This document shows, one piece after another, positions 1 to 12,857 of a stretch of DNA of 64,000 nucleotides (position 1 is its first letter; every line of letters begins with the position of its first letter). The DNA comes from Anolis carolinensis. Taxonomy: Eukaryota. Position numbers and translations under genes: made by a program. The DNA lies in NCBI RefSeq assembly GCF_035594765.1, contig NC_085841.1:240208689-240272688 (forward strand). Direction: 5' to 3'. The notes under the pieces were generated by a model, which saw nothing but the letters and a program-made list of their open reading frames with translations, ran no database searches and was not told the origin of the DNA.

Positions 1-243
1 CTGGAGACTAGGACGCGGAACAAACTACAGGAAAGGAGATTCCACCTGAACATCAGGAAGAACTTTCTCACTGTGAGAGCTGTTCGGCAGTGGAACTCTC
101 TGCCCTGGACTGTGGTGGAGGCTCCCTCTTTGGAGGCTTTTAAGCAGAGGCTGGATGGCCATCTGTCGGGGTGCTTTGAATGAGATTTTCCTGTTTCTTG
201 CAGGACGGCCCATGAGGTCTCTTCCAACTCTACAATTCTATGA
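1..243 (+). mobile_element. CR1 LINE 3' fragment
   Basis: Same 3' sequence as the CR1 copies at 36300 and 50920, ending TTCTATGA. Confidence 0.85.
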
Positions 244-376
244 GTTTTAAATTTGCACTCCGGGTTATGGGAGTGGGAAGGTATGCATCTAGCTTTCATA
301 GTTAATCTAATTTAGATTCTTCCCTCTTATCTTTGTTGGAAATTCCCACATCCTTTTCACTGGGCGACTCTTGTAC

Positions 377-497
377 CTGCAATGTCATGGCTTCCCGGGA
401 GCTCCGTACTTCAATGCGTGCTTGATTCATAGAGCCTAGGTCCATCAACAATGGTTGGTCATCGTCATCCAGAAGCACATTTGTTGGTTTCAGGTCT
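377..497 (-). CDS. STK16: STK16 coding exon 4
   Basis: DLKPTNVLLDDDDQPLLMDLGSMNQARIEVRSSREAMTLQ. Confidence 0.93.
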
Positions 498-3400
498 CTG
501 AAAGAAGCAGAATGGAATCTCCAGAATTGTCCAGTCACGGCCCTCTGTTTCTTACTTGAAGTTATCTTTTAATCTCCTGATTTCTCAACCTCAGATTTCT
601 TCCTATTGACAATACTGCCAGGGATGCTTCACACCAGCATGCAGTTTCTTACTTCTATTCACTCCTTCACTGTGCTCTTAATGGCACTTGTGTATCTTCA
701 CTCTATGGCTCCCCCACCCCAGCCTACACATGGCTTGTCCCACAATATCATTGCTAACAATCTCTGCTTTAGAACCAGTTTCTCACCTGTGTGCATAACC
801 CTTATTATGAATGGCCTGCAGCCCTCGGCAAAGACCATGAAGAATGGCAAGGATCCGCTCCTCAGGCATGAAGGCACCTTTGTCTTTCAGAGCTTCAACT
901 TCCTGCCAAAGAGTTCCTCTCTACAAAGAAAAGGACAGCAACTCTGGTGATTTGAATCAGGTATATTTTTTTCAAATTTACTACGTGAGGTTTAGATTAT
1001 TTATCCTTGAGTACCCTCATTGCTTCTGTCCGAATACACTCCAGAATGGGATGAGGTCTTTTAAATATTGCAAAACAACAACTTCCATCAGCACAAATCA
1101 GCATATACAGGGGAGATTAATGGAGTTAGTCTACCACTTGGAGAGTCACATGCTCCATATCCCCAAACAAGAAGAAGCAACCAAAGCAAGCCTGAGAGAT
1201 GTTTTGTCCATCCCAGAACCCTAGCTGCCATCAGTCCTAGACAGTCTGACCAAGAATGAGGCATGATAAGTAGTAATGTTTACGTGGCAATAATAGCTGT
1301 GAGTACTTTTGGCTGGTACCCCATCAACACTGTTCCTTGGAAAAAGCAGGTATCTCTAATATAACAAACACATAGGTTACACCTAGAGTATTATCATGCA
1401 TGGTATGATAATGCATGGTATGAAAAGCATTTTTGAATACTTCTGCTATTAATAACTAAAGCCATCAGGCTTTTGTTTGGACTTCTTTTTCACAGCATAT
1501 AAATTCTTATTTTGTTCATCATGTCAATTTATTTCCAAGCACAGTTTTTTTCAAATTGTGCTGCTTATTGCCTGTAAATCCCCAAATAGCTTGGAACCAG
1601 AACAATGAATAGCCATCTTTTCCCACACTAGTTGACATCTTCACCAGAGTCTTTATTTGCAAAAGAAACTATTAGAATTTCTCAATTGTAGCAGGATGAT
1701 GGAAAGCAAAACAGCATATCCTAGGAATTTTGTTTCTTCCATCGCGTTTATATTTCAGTAATCTAGTTAAAGCTTTTAGACTGACTTATTTTGTCAGGAA
1801 TTTTGTTTCAGTTGGTTCTTGTTTTGATTCTGTTTTGATATTAGAAAACTGTTTTCTGTATTCATCTTAGTCACAAGCCCATGCAAGACAAAAAAAAAAA
1901 CACAGAACCCAGGAGGCTGAGCCACTGTCAGAAGGTATTAGCCTCTATTATTGGCATCTCAGTATACTGTGCACATCTCAGTCATGCTTGTGTGAATCCA
2001 CAAATACACATTCCTCTGCATGCTAAGCAGAACCCATATGTATCTCAAACAGAAACACTAGGTATGAAGCCACTTATCTCTCACCTTGAGGAAAGGTAGT
2101 AGCAGCCAGGCCTCGTGTTTGGATCCTTTCTCCACAACAGCATGTGCACATAGGGGCAAGATATTTGGGTGATCAAAGAGCTGATGCATCTCAATCTCAT
2201 GCATGGCTTCCTGGCGATCATCCTTGTCATGGCATACGATGCGTTTCAGTGCATAGAAGCGTCCATCATGCAGCCCCTCTACAAGATCTACATAGCTGAA
2301 GCCACTGGGTCAGAGAGGAATTGGGTCAAGAACAGAGTGGGTTGGTAATGGAAAGAAGCTCATACTACGCTGAGATTATTTTCTGCTTCTCCTGCTGTCT
2401 GCATACTAAGGACTTTATCACACTAGCCTGTTGTCTTATCACAATGACATTATGTAAACATATGGAAACATTGTTATTGGAACAATATATATTACACCTC
2501 AACACAATTGTGCAAATGCTGGTACTTAGTTGTGAATATCCTACTTTGAGTTTTCTGCACAGCCTCACTTCCGATCCATGTCTGCCCTACCTAGTGCATA
2601 TGCAATGCTTCCCCCCCCCCATACCCACCCCCATTCTTTTGCAAAACTTTCCTCCACTTCACAAGATTGGGACTGCAGCGGAAGGACATTATTATACAAA
2701 GAAAAGTGATGGAACAACAGTAATACCGGATTTCTTTACGGATTCTTCCCATCAGTGAAAAGAAACAATCTTGATTCAGATACAATGCAACTATGGGACA
2801 ACCACAGCAAAATGCAATAAGCCCAATCAAAAGGTGCTATTATCTTCGCATAATTGCACTTAAGCAACTTTGTGTGATAAAGTCCTAGGTTCCCATTCAT
2901 ATCCATGCGGGGACATGAGAGAAGCCTCCCACTAGGATGGTAAAACGTCAAATATCCGGGTGTCCCCTGGGCAACGTCCTTGCAGACAGTCAATTCTCTT
3001 GCAGCTTCTCAAGTTGCTCCTGACATGAAAAAATCATATCCCATATTTTGCTGCTTGACGTAACATTGACAATCAAGAGGGAAAGGTGGCACAAACTAGG
3101 GATGACACAGAACACCAGTGAGCAAATGCTCCGGAAGAAGAGTCTTCACTAAAAATTACAACTAGAATTAATTTCTAGAATTTCTAGTGCAACTTCTGGA
3201 TCTGGGTATGGATTAGTGTGTAAAATAAATCCAAATAAAAATCAGTGTTAACTGAACTTTTGGGGTCTTCTCTCCCCCCCCTCCCCACCAACACATAATT
3301 TTGAAGGCATACTGGAAGCTTTGGCTGAACTGGGGGCTGTACATGACCCACAGAGTTCCCAAACTCTTGAATAAAAAACCCAAGATGTGCATTCCTTCAT

Positions 3401-4593
3401 CACAGACCTAGAGAAAACTGAGAGAAGAGAGGACTATAAAGGAAGGTTCATCTCCTTTCCTCTTCCAGCCCCCAGACGAGGGACAACCTGCATGCCATGG
3501 CACAAGCATGCAGGTTCCTTATTACTGTGGCTCCTTATTTCCACTTATCAGAGCTTTGACAAGTAGTGCAAAGAGGCATAACAATATTCTAATCCATAAC
3601 CTACTTTGCAAATATCTCTAACCCACTGGGTATAAACAGGGACAGCTCACTCCACATTCTGAATTCCACAGTTTCTTCTGAGACAAGACATTTTCCATTG
3701 TCAGATACAAAACAGAACTAGAAACATTGTTGGTTTGACAACCAAATAGTTCAGTGTGCCTTAGATAGCTAAGAAATTACATAAACAGGAGGGAGATGGC
3801 CTATTTATCAAGTCTACTGAGCGAAGACAAGCACGGGTTCAAGTTACAGCAAGGCAGACTTTGGTTACATACCAGGATTAAACTTTCCAACTGTAATGAA
3901 TGACTAGGCAATGGAATGAGTGGCCTTAGGGGGATTGTGGTGTAATGTTCTCTAACGGGATTTCCAGCTCAATACTTTTATTCAGCAGTAAGCTCAAATG
4001 AGCATAAACCCACATCAAACATGAACAAGATTGTAACATTATGCCAGAGGTTTAGAACCTCTGCCCTCACTGCCAGTGGTTTGGACTACAGCACTCAGTG
4101 CTTTATCATTGGCCATGCTGGGTGGGACAAAAGGGAATTCTAAATAAAAACATATGGGGAGTTCAATATTCCCCATCTCTATTTTAAAGAAGCTTGAAAA
4201 TGATGGGGAGTGGGTTACAACAAGTCTATCATACTTTGCAAATACCTCTAATCCAATGGGTTGGACTAAGCTGGGATAGGCAAAGTGTGACTCTCCAGAC
4301 TTTTTGGACTGTAGCTCCCAGCAATCCACACAACTGACTGATTATTAAGACTCGTGGGAGTTGCAATTCAACAAAAAGGGATAGAGGGATAACATTTCTC
4401 CATCCTACATGAGATAAATTTCAAATTCCATCAGTTGCATAAAGTGGCCATACTTGGTGTGTACAATCAGTTATGCAAAAACCCAGATTTTTCTGTGTTA
4501 TACTCACCCTTCTCCGAGCCTATGAATTGAAAGGTAACGTTTGTTATTGATAGTGATGGTCCCCCTTGAACAGATACATAGGGCATGGCCCAT
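377..4593 (-). CDS. STK16: Serine/threonine kinase 16 (NAK family), 5' four coding exons; 3' end lies outside the window
   Basis: Exons 4593-4508, 2304-2085, 920-787 and 497-377 join in frame with GT-AG sites: MGHALCICSRG...LGEGGFSYVDLVEG...YALKRI...GYAHRDLKPTNVLL...MDLGSMN. N-terminal G2/C6/C8 acylation motif and the DLG variant of DFG are typical of STK16. Confidence 0.96.
787..920 (-). CDS. STK16: STK16 coding exon 3
   Basis: RGTLWQEVEALKDKG...ILHGLCRGLQAIHNKGYAHR. Confidence 0.93.
2085..2304 (-). CDS. STK16: STK16 coding exon 2
   Basis: GFSYVDLVEGLHDGRFYALKRIVCHD...EAWLLLPFLK; cag| acceptor, |gtgaga donor. Confidence 0.93.
4508..4593 (-). CDS. STK16: STK16 coding exon 1 (exon begins at 4620 in the 5' UTR)
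   Basis: MGHALCICSRGTITINNKRYLSIHRLGEG; donor GG|gtgagt. Confidence 0.93.
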
Positions 4594-6649
4594 GATGGTC
4601 ACTCCAACATCCTTCTGGCTCTACAGAGGATAAGGTAACACAAAATCATATTTAATCTATTTATTGTTATTAGTATTATTATCATCATCCTGCTATTTCA
4701 TATGTAAATATCCATGGCAGCCAACAATATTAAAATCCCCAAACATGCAAACATAGAAAAATATAATAAATGCAACAAAGAGAGACAAAATGACAGCAGT
4801 CAAAATAAAAATAGTATGGGTAAGATTCAGCCAACTGAAGCAATTATTTGTCTGGAGGTGAACAGCTGTTTCTGAAGTATGTACATTGGGGATAGGCTAA
4901 GTGCAACCACTCAGATATTATTGGACTGTAGCACCCATCAGTCCTAGCTATATAGCCACTGGTGGAGAATAGTGTGAGTCCACCAACATAAGGCAAGTTG
5001 CCCTTTGTCTATCCCTGATATGATGAGTCATCCTTGGAAGGAAGATTCAAAATCCAAATACAGTGTTCCCTCACTACTTTGCAGTTCACTTTTCGCAAAC
5101 TTGCTGTTTCGCATTTTTTTATAAACACTAAAATAATATTATAAATCCCTCTTTCTACTTCCTTCCTAAGGAGAAGCCTAAGGAAGGAAGGAAGGAAGGA
5201 GAAGCCGAAGGGAGAGAAAAGGAGGCTGAAGCAGCTTTGTTTTTGCCTCATAAGGCAGCGGCAGCAGCGGGAGTGTCCCTATATAGCGTCCCTATTTCGC
5301 GGATTTTCACTTATTGCGGGTGGTCCTGGAACGTAACCCCCGCGATAAGTGAGGGAACATTGTATAGCCACTGAGAAGACCCTCAACGATACCAATCACA
5401 TTTTATATATTGATAGGATATTAATAAGAGACTTTTTATTGGGACCAATCATTCTTCAAATAGGTTATACAGTTGGAAAGGAACACAATTCTAATCTGTT
5501 GGCCACAAATGGGATTATCTACCAACCAGCTTCCCCTTCCCGGCAGTTCATTCACTTTTAAAGTTAACAATCCACAATAATCAAATAAGCTCAGACTACT
5601 CCAGCAACTGACTCAAGTCAGATGTTTTGGGGAAGGACTCTCTATCTTTCAAGCTATCACTAGCAAATTCTCAGAGCAGATCAGGAGGGGGAGGGTGAAT
5701 TCCAAAGCCATAAATGGCACTTAGATATGCAATGCGAGAAGAAATGTTTACTCATTTTCTAAAAGGAAACATCCTGGTTACATAGAACAGAGTCTGTAGT
5801 TTCGGCAATCCTCTGCACAGCCCAAGGAAAGTGAAACACCAGTATTTATTTGAACAGGGAAGTACGTAAGTAAAACACTTCTGTTGTATTTATTGTTGTT
5901 TTAAATTTTATTTCAACAGATAGATTACAGTTATGGGGAAAGGGGGAAAAATCACAGACACAAAATCCAAAATAAATTAGCTATTACAATTCAATTCAAT
6001 GCGAATGATTCATACTAAAGATTGGAACCAGATAATTAGAAGGAATTATTTGCAAGTAATGTGCCAACTGAACAAAATGTCACTCCTATAATTATCAATA
6101 TTGGGAAATATTGCAGCAGACAAAATGCAACTACTTCCAAACCCCTTCTGTTTACTCCCAGCATAGGCATACTATGCATACTTTGCTGCAACATTCCTAT
6201 TGTGATACATATTTGGCTTCAATCCATCAGAAGAAAACAGCCTCACCAGTATGCAGTGGATATTCACACATATTAACAACTTGCAAAGAAAGAGGGGAAA
6301 TTGAATTTCAGGATGCTTTTCAAACACTGGTGGACAGAAGCCAGGCATCCTATTACAGTGTGCACTTGTAAAACATGGTTTCCAACAATGCCTTATCTAA
6401 GTCAGTGGTTCCCAATCTTTTTTTGGCCATGCCCCACCTAAGCATATCTTAAATCCTGATGCCCCCCGCCCATGACATATAATTCTTATTATTAAAAAAT
6501 GAACTCTATTTACATAGAGGAAGCCTAAAAGGCCTTAACAAGCTTCCAAAAACATGGCATCCATAAAAGATAAAAATTAAAGAACAAATTGATTTGACTA
6601 ATCTGCACTGAATTCAGGGTAACTTAAATGTTCAACTTCATGGCATGTA

Positions 6650-7068
6650 CCGTGTTTCCCCGAAAATAAGACAGTGTCTTATATTAATTTTTGTTCCCAA
6701 AGATGTGCTAGGTCTTATTTTCAGGGGATGTCTTATTTTTCCATGAAGAAAAATTCACTTTTATTGTTGAACAAAAAAAAGAACATTTATTATATACTGT
6801 ACAGTAGATATCATCACAAACCAGCATAACGAGACAAACTGTGAATCATATCAAGAATTTCTTGTTACTACCATTATTTTCATGTACAGCAATCTATGGT
6901 ACGTATATTTACCAATCCTGCATGCTCTGGTGTTCTGTTTGGCAGGCATGCTTCCAAACAAAAACTTTGCTAGGTCTTACTTTCAGGGGAGGCCTTATAT
7001 TTAGCAATTCAGCAAAATTTCTACTAGGTCTTATTTTCTGGGGATGTCTTATTTTCGGGGAAACAGGG
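6650..7068. mobile_element. Tc1/mariner-pogo type MITE
   Basis: 24-bp TIRs CC(G/C)TGTTTCCCCGAAAATAAGACA flanked by TA; internal TAGGTCTTATTTT repeats. Confidence 0.85.
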
Positions 7069-7324
7069 TATTTGGTGAGAATATGCAAGAATATCCTGTC
7101 ACCTGACATTAATTTTCTTGCGGCTGATAATCTTTTGTAATTTTTTTCATACAAACATATTGACTTACCTATGAAAATAATAATTATGCTTTGGATTTTT
7201 TTACAGATTTATTGCTGCATTCATGTACAGAACAAAAAGACACACACACTATAGCTTGTAATGTTAAAAGAACACTGAGTGAGGTGTTTGGCATGAAAGT
7301 AGCCTCCCTTTTCTGTGCTCATGC

Positions 7325-7459
7325 CAGTGGTTCTCAACTTGGGGTCCCCAAATGGTTTTGGCCTTCAACTCCCAGAAATCCTAACAGCTGGTAAACTAGC
7401 TGGGATTTCTGGGAGTTGTAGGCTAAAAACATCTGGGGACTCCAGGTTGAGATCCACTG
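7325..7459. mobile_element. Short palindromic hAT-type MITE
   Basis: CAGTGGTTCTCAAC...GTTGAGATCCACTG ends, internal AACTCCCAGAAATCC/GGATTTCTGGGAGTT hairpin. Confidence 0.7.
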
Positions 7460-7584
7460 CTCTATGCTCTCCCCACTCCTTTCTCTCTATAAGCAGGCTT
7501 CCCCCCATGTACATTCTGATTTTAATTTTATAAATGTGTATGTCACTATATATAGCACACACACATACACACACACACATATAT

Positions 7585-7978
7585 AGAGGCAGTCTGCAAA
7601 TTACAAACATCCAACTTACATACAACTCATAGTTAGGAACAGGGGTGAAGCAACAGGAAGTGAGAGAAATCTACCCCTAGGAAGGGAAATTCACTCCTGA
7701 AAGAGTTATTATGAGGAAAAGGGGTCTCCACTGAAGTTTTATCGCCAATCCTTTTTGCCACAGCAAGCCAAATCTTTCAAATCCAATTATCACAGGGACA
7801 GAAAGTGACTTGAAGTCTTATGAACAGGGTCACAGACAGCAAACCAAACAAGACAGCGGTGTTAACTCTTCCCTATGCTCTCTAGATCATATACACATGC
7901 ATATTTCGCTGGAGTTATAAATTCAACTTAAGAACAAACCTACAGAACCTATCTAGTTCGTAACTTGGGGACTGCCTG
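7585..7978. mobile_element. Tigger/pogo-like non-autonomous DNA transposon
   Basis: AGGCAGTC...TTAC / GTAACTTGGGGACTGCCTG-TA terminal inverted repeats. Confidence 0.65.
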
Positions 7979-8131
7979 TATATGTGTGTGTATAGTGTAT
8001 ATGAAGTCCCTAGAACCATAAGAAATACAAAAAATTAACTGTTAATAACTCATTCTTGAAAAAGAGAGACACCATTTCAGTAAACTAAGACTGATCATTA
8101 CGAAATAAAGTGAAAGCACTCTAGAAACAGA

Positions 8132-8900
8132 TAGAATCATAGAGTTAGAAGAGACCACAAGGGCCATCCAGTCCAACCCCCTGCCATGCAGGCATTAAAA
8201 CACCCTCAATAGATGGCCATTCAGCTTCTGCTTAAAAACCTCCAGAGGAGGAGAGACCACCACACTCTGAGGCAGCATACTCCACTGCCATACAGCTCTT
8301 ACTATAAGGAAGTTCTTTCTAATATTTAGGTGGAATCTCTTTTCCTGCAATTTGATTCCATTGCTCTGTGTCCTAGTCTCCAGAAGACAAGTCTGCTCCC
8401 TCTTCCTTATGACATCCTTTCAAATATTTAAACATGGCCATGATGTCCCCTCTGTCTTCTCTTCTCCAAGCTGAACATCCCCTGCTCCCTAAGCTGCTTC
8501 TCATAGGGCTTGGTTTCCAAACCTTTGATAATTTCTTTAAAATGTTCCAGCTTGTCATGCTTCCTTCTTGAATTGTGGTGCCCAGAAATGGACACAATAT
8601 TCCCGGTGAGGTCTGACCAAAGCAGAATAGAGTAGGACTACAACTTCTCTCGATCTTGACATTATACTCCTATTGATGCAGCCTAGAATCACATTGGCGC
8701 TTTTAGCTACTGCACCACACTGCTGACTTGCACTTGTGGTTCCTCTGACACTCCTAGATCCCTTTCACATGGACTGATGTCAAGCCAAGTGTCACCCCTT
8801 TTATATCTGTGCATTCCATTTTATTGCCTAAATGCAGAACCTCACACTTGTCCCTGTTGAATTTCATTGCGTTGCTTTGAGCTCTGCTCCCCAGTCTGTT
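8132..8900 (-). mobile_element. CR1 LINE 3' fragment
   Basis: Reverse-complement CR1 ORF2 end (RGDIMAMFKYLKG) with ATTCTAT tail. Confidence 0.85.
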
Positions 8901-9102
8901 AAAGGGTGCACCTACACTGTTTGGTACCACTTGGACTGTTGTGGTTCAATGCTATGAAATCCTAGTAGCTGCAGTTTTACAAAGCCTTTATCATCCCTCT
9001 CTTCCCAAGTGAGCTGGTGCTCACCAAACTACAACTCCTATGATTCCACAGCACCGAGCCATGGCAGTTAAAGAAATGCCAAACAGAGTTAATTCTGTTT
9101 TC

Positions 9103-10270
9103 AAAAGCTTTCATGGCTGGAATTGCTGGGTTGCTGTGAGTTTTCCGGGCTGTGTGGCCATGCTCCAGAAGCTTTTTCTCCTGATGTTACACCCACATCT
9201 GTGGCAGGCATCCTCAGAGGTTGTGAGGTCTGTTGGAAACTAGTCCTGTTTAAGGAGCTCCACTGGCTGCCGTTTATTTTCCAGACCCAATTCAAGGTGC
9301 AGGTGTTGACCTACAAAGCCCTGAATGGTTTGGGACCCACTTACCTTTCTGACCACATCTCCCCTTATGAACCTGCACGATCCCTTCATTCGTCGGGGGA
9401 GGCCCTCCTCTCGCTTCCGCCTCCGTCACAAGTGCGGTTGGTGGGGATGAGGGAGAGGGCCTTCTTCGTGGCAGCCCCCCGGCTCTGGAACACGCTCCCG
9501 GGGGAAATTAGGCAAGCTGTCACCTTGGAAGTGTTCAGGAAGAGCCTGAAAACCTGGCTCTTCACACAGGCTTTTGAATAAGTACCACCCACTGTACGCT
9601 AAACCCTTATACTAGCGGTTACTTCTGACCAGTTGTACCTGTTGGTTAACTCCTTGACATAGGCACAGAGTTCACCCCAGTTTAAGGTTCTCCCCATGAT
9701 CTTATAGCACCTTAACTTCCTTCATGTTTACAAGTTTCACTCAGTGCACTTTGCCCAGTCCATTGTATGATTTTATTGCTGTGTGTTATCATGTGTTTTA
9801 TAATGACTGTGATTTTATTTTAATTTTATTTGTTGTTGTTTTTGTATTTGATACCACTGTATGCTTATTTTATATCTGTGAGCTGCCCTGAGTCCCTCTG
9901 GGGAGATGGTGGCGGAGTATAAAAATAAAATAATAATAATAATAATTATTATTATTATTAGTCAGGTGGGTTTTATATATCTGTGAAATATTCCGTGTAG
10001 GAGAAATAACTCTTGTCTGTTTGAGGCAAGTGTGAATGTTGCAATGGATCACCTCTGAGGATGCCTGCCATAGATGAAGGCAAAAAGTCAGGAGAAAATG
10101 CTTCTGGAATATGTCCATACAGCCCGAAAGACTCACAGCAACCCAGTGATTCCAGCCATCAAAGTCTTCGACAATACATAGACCTCACAACCTTTGAGAG
10201 TGCCTGCCATGGATATAGGCGAAACGTCAGGAGAGAATGCTTCTGGAACATGGCCATACAGCCCGGAAAC
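9103..10270. mobile_element. Penelope-like element pseudo-LTR cluster (inverted and tandem copies), interrupted by an L2
   Basis: Matches the terminal sequence of the GIY-YIG-bearing copies at 15865, 38850 and 49330; minus 9103-9245 and 9960-10045, plus 10050-10270. Confidence 0.8.
9246..9960 (+). mobile_element. L2 LINE 3' fragment
   Basis: ELHWLP...FKVQVLTYKALNGLGPTYL...RAFFVAAPRLWNTLP...LKTWLF, 3' UTR and (TAA)n tail. Confidence 0.9.
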
Positions 10271-10419
10271 CGAATTAATTCTGCAGTGCGAATGCACCCT
10301 ACATTCCCTTTGGCACACAACGCTGCCATGCTAGGTGTCACCCATCCTATATCTGGCTCAGAGGAAATGGGAAGAAAGAACCCCCTATTGCTAAGGAATC
10401 CCCGAGGCCTTTTTTGCCG

Positions 10420-10720
10420 GCCCTCAGGCGCCCGGGAGACAGGAAGCACGGAAGCCCCATGTTTGGCCTTTCCCGATGCCCCGCCCCCCGGCAAGGCCCG
10501 GCGGGAGGGAAAAGAGCAGGCGGCCATCCACTCACCGGGTCCAGTCCAGAGCGCGGAGGGTGCCTACGCACATAGAGTGCGACGTCAGCCGTCCATTCTG
10601 CCCCGCAACGTCATTACCCTGCGCCTTCTGCGCTGCTGCCAGCCTTCCTGGCGGAGGTTGCCTAGCAACCGTTCTCGAGGGCGGGGGGCGGAGGATGATG
10701 AGAGGGTGAGAAGACAGGCC
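10420..10720. promoter_or_regulatory. CpG-rich bidirectional promoter and non-coding first exons of STK16 (-) and GLB1L (+)
   Basis: CpG-dense patch; minus-strand donor CCG|gtgagt at 10536/10535; plus-strand donor AGG|gtgaga at 10705/10706; CRE-like CGACGTCA 10580-10587; RFX X-box GTTGCCTAGCAAC 10657-10669; GC box ~10678-10690. Confidence 0.8.
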
Positions 10721-12459
10721 AGCAGTGAGCTCAGCTCATTCTGGTCCCCTGCATTTTTTTTAACATTCAGAAGTCTTTGATCACATCAGTGCGGCTCAGT
10801 TGTTCTTATCGTTTATCTAAGAACACCTAAATATTTCCCTGACCTCAGGGCTACAATTTCAGGGAACACGTACACAGTGGAATGTACGTGGCCTGACACC
10901 ACTTGAACTGTCCCGTCTCAATGCTATGGAATTGTGGATTTACAAGGACTTCAATCCTTCTCTGCCATAGAATGCTGGAGCCTCACCAAACTACAGCTCC
11001 CATGATTCCATAGCACTGAGCCAGGGCAGTTCAAGTGTGTCAAACTGCATTAGCTGTTAAGCTTAAGCGGCTGAGGGGGGAAAGGAAGGGGCCTGAGGCT
11101 TTTAGGAATGGTGGGAGTTGAACTCCAAAACACCTGGAGGGAGGGCCCAAGTTTGTCATGCCGGGTGTAGATGTGAAGGGGCAAAGATGTAAAAGATACA
11201 AAAATACTCCTCTTAATCTAAAGTCAAAAGCAGGAGGCCCCTTTTCTGTGGAGAGGGCGAGGAAGGACACCACGAAAGTTGGATCTTCAAACTGCAAAAA
11301 AACTATTTATTGTGAGCTTAGCAATAACAACAAAAACATGCATACATGCAATCAAAGGATTTGTCACTCTTGAAAATGGTTGCAAAGGTTTTTTATCACT
11401 TCTACAGAAAGTAGTAAGCATATCCTTATTGGCTTACAAAGATAATTTTCCCCATTCGTCTAATGTTGGCTACATCACAAGCATCTTAACCATCATGCAA
11501 TTCCATTGGTTTTCTATGCTGTAACAACATGTGACTCTTTAGACAATGGTGCTTTTCATGTTATTGACCCTGATCTCAGTACCTGCTTATCTTTCTCTTG
11601 TTGCAAGTATAGGTTCGAAACCGTATGTGAATCCTAGGGAGTAGTGGTTAACCGGTTCTGACTTGATGTATTGTTATTATTGAAAGTATCTTCTTTTTCT
11701 CTGGAACAACTCTTTTTCCAAACATCAGCATTTTCTTTCAAATATAGGCTTTCCGCAAACATAGGCCTTTTGCAACTTAGGTCAAGCAAAACATATGGGA
11801 CTTGTAGTCATTAGAAATATCTTTGAAAATTCTCTTTTTAAACCCACATCCCCCTCAGATGCACCCTAATATTATGTGAATTTCAGCTTCTCCAAGAACA
11901 ATGGGTTCGGGGCCTGGTATGTCAAGCTTCCCAGAAGGCCGGATGAAGCACAGATGGATTGAAGGCAAATTGAAAAGCTTTATTCTTAATGATGTCATTG
12001 CCGGTTGGTCTTCATTGTGTTGGAAACTTTAATAAACTGATAATAATTAAGACTGACACAAAAGAAAAAAGTGACAGCAGATCAGCAGATATTGTCTCAT
12101 CTTCTGAGGCCACATCAGAGACAGGATAGAGTGAGGACCTTTTTTCTGCTGGGCCCCTGGTAGAATAAAGTTCTAAGTAAATGCAGTTTGAGAGCCAGTA
12201 CAGTGTTGCGGTTTGGGCGTTGGACTATTGAAATAGAGCAATTTAAAACAGCCATGGATAGAGAGATCCAGGCCGCGGATACTGAAACCTGAAGAGCGGA
12301 TACCGAGTTCCGAAAAGCGGATAACTGGTACCAGCTGCACGCCGTCTGTGAATCCATGCACTTAGCAAGACTAAGAAGCTAGCCCAATGTTACCAAATGA
12401 AAATCTCACCAAATGAAAATCTCATCCTTGGGGGAGGATGAACCAAGTAGCTTCACTCA

Positions 12460-12857
12460 CTTCTTGCTCTGGGAGTTGTAGTTCACCCTTATACAGACAG
12501 CACTGAACTCAGCCAACTTCGGATCTGGACCAAACTGGGCACACTGTCTCATCATGCCCAACTGAGCACATAGGCAGGGTTTCGAGGTGATTGTCCTTTG
12601 GCTCTCGGAGTTGTAGTTCACCCTTATACAGACAGCACTGAACCCAGCCGACTTCGGATCTGGACCAAACTTAGCACACTGCCTCATCATGCCCAACTGA
12701 GCATACAGGCAGGGTTTCGGGGTGATTGTCCTTTGGCTCTGGGAGTTGTAGTTCACCCTTATACAGATAGCACTGAACCCACCCGACTTCAGATCTGGAC
12801 CAAACTTGTCACACAAGTTTCTCAAAATACCCGGGCACCGCCAGGTCCCCAAGCTAG
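12460..12857 (+). mobile_element. Helitron-like 3' end with ~135-bp tandem repeats
   Basis: Three units starting ~12467, 12602, 12737; subterminal hairpin ACCCGGGCACCGCCAGGT followed by CTAG|T. Confidence 0.6.

Noticed and set aside
10061-10780. 239-aa ORF over the STK16/GLB1L promoter
   Set aside because: Made of Penelope terminal repeat plus GC-rich promoter; no recognisable protein
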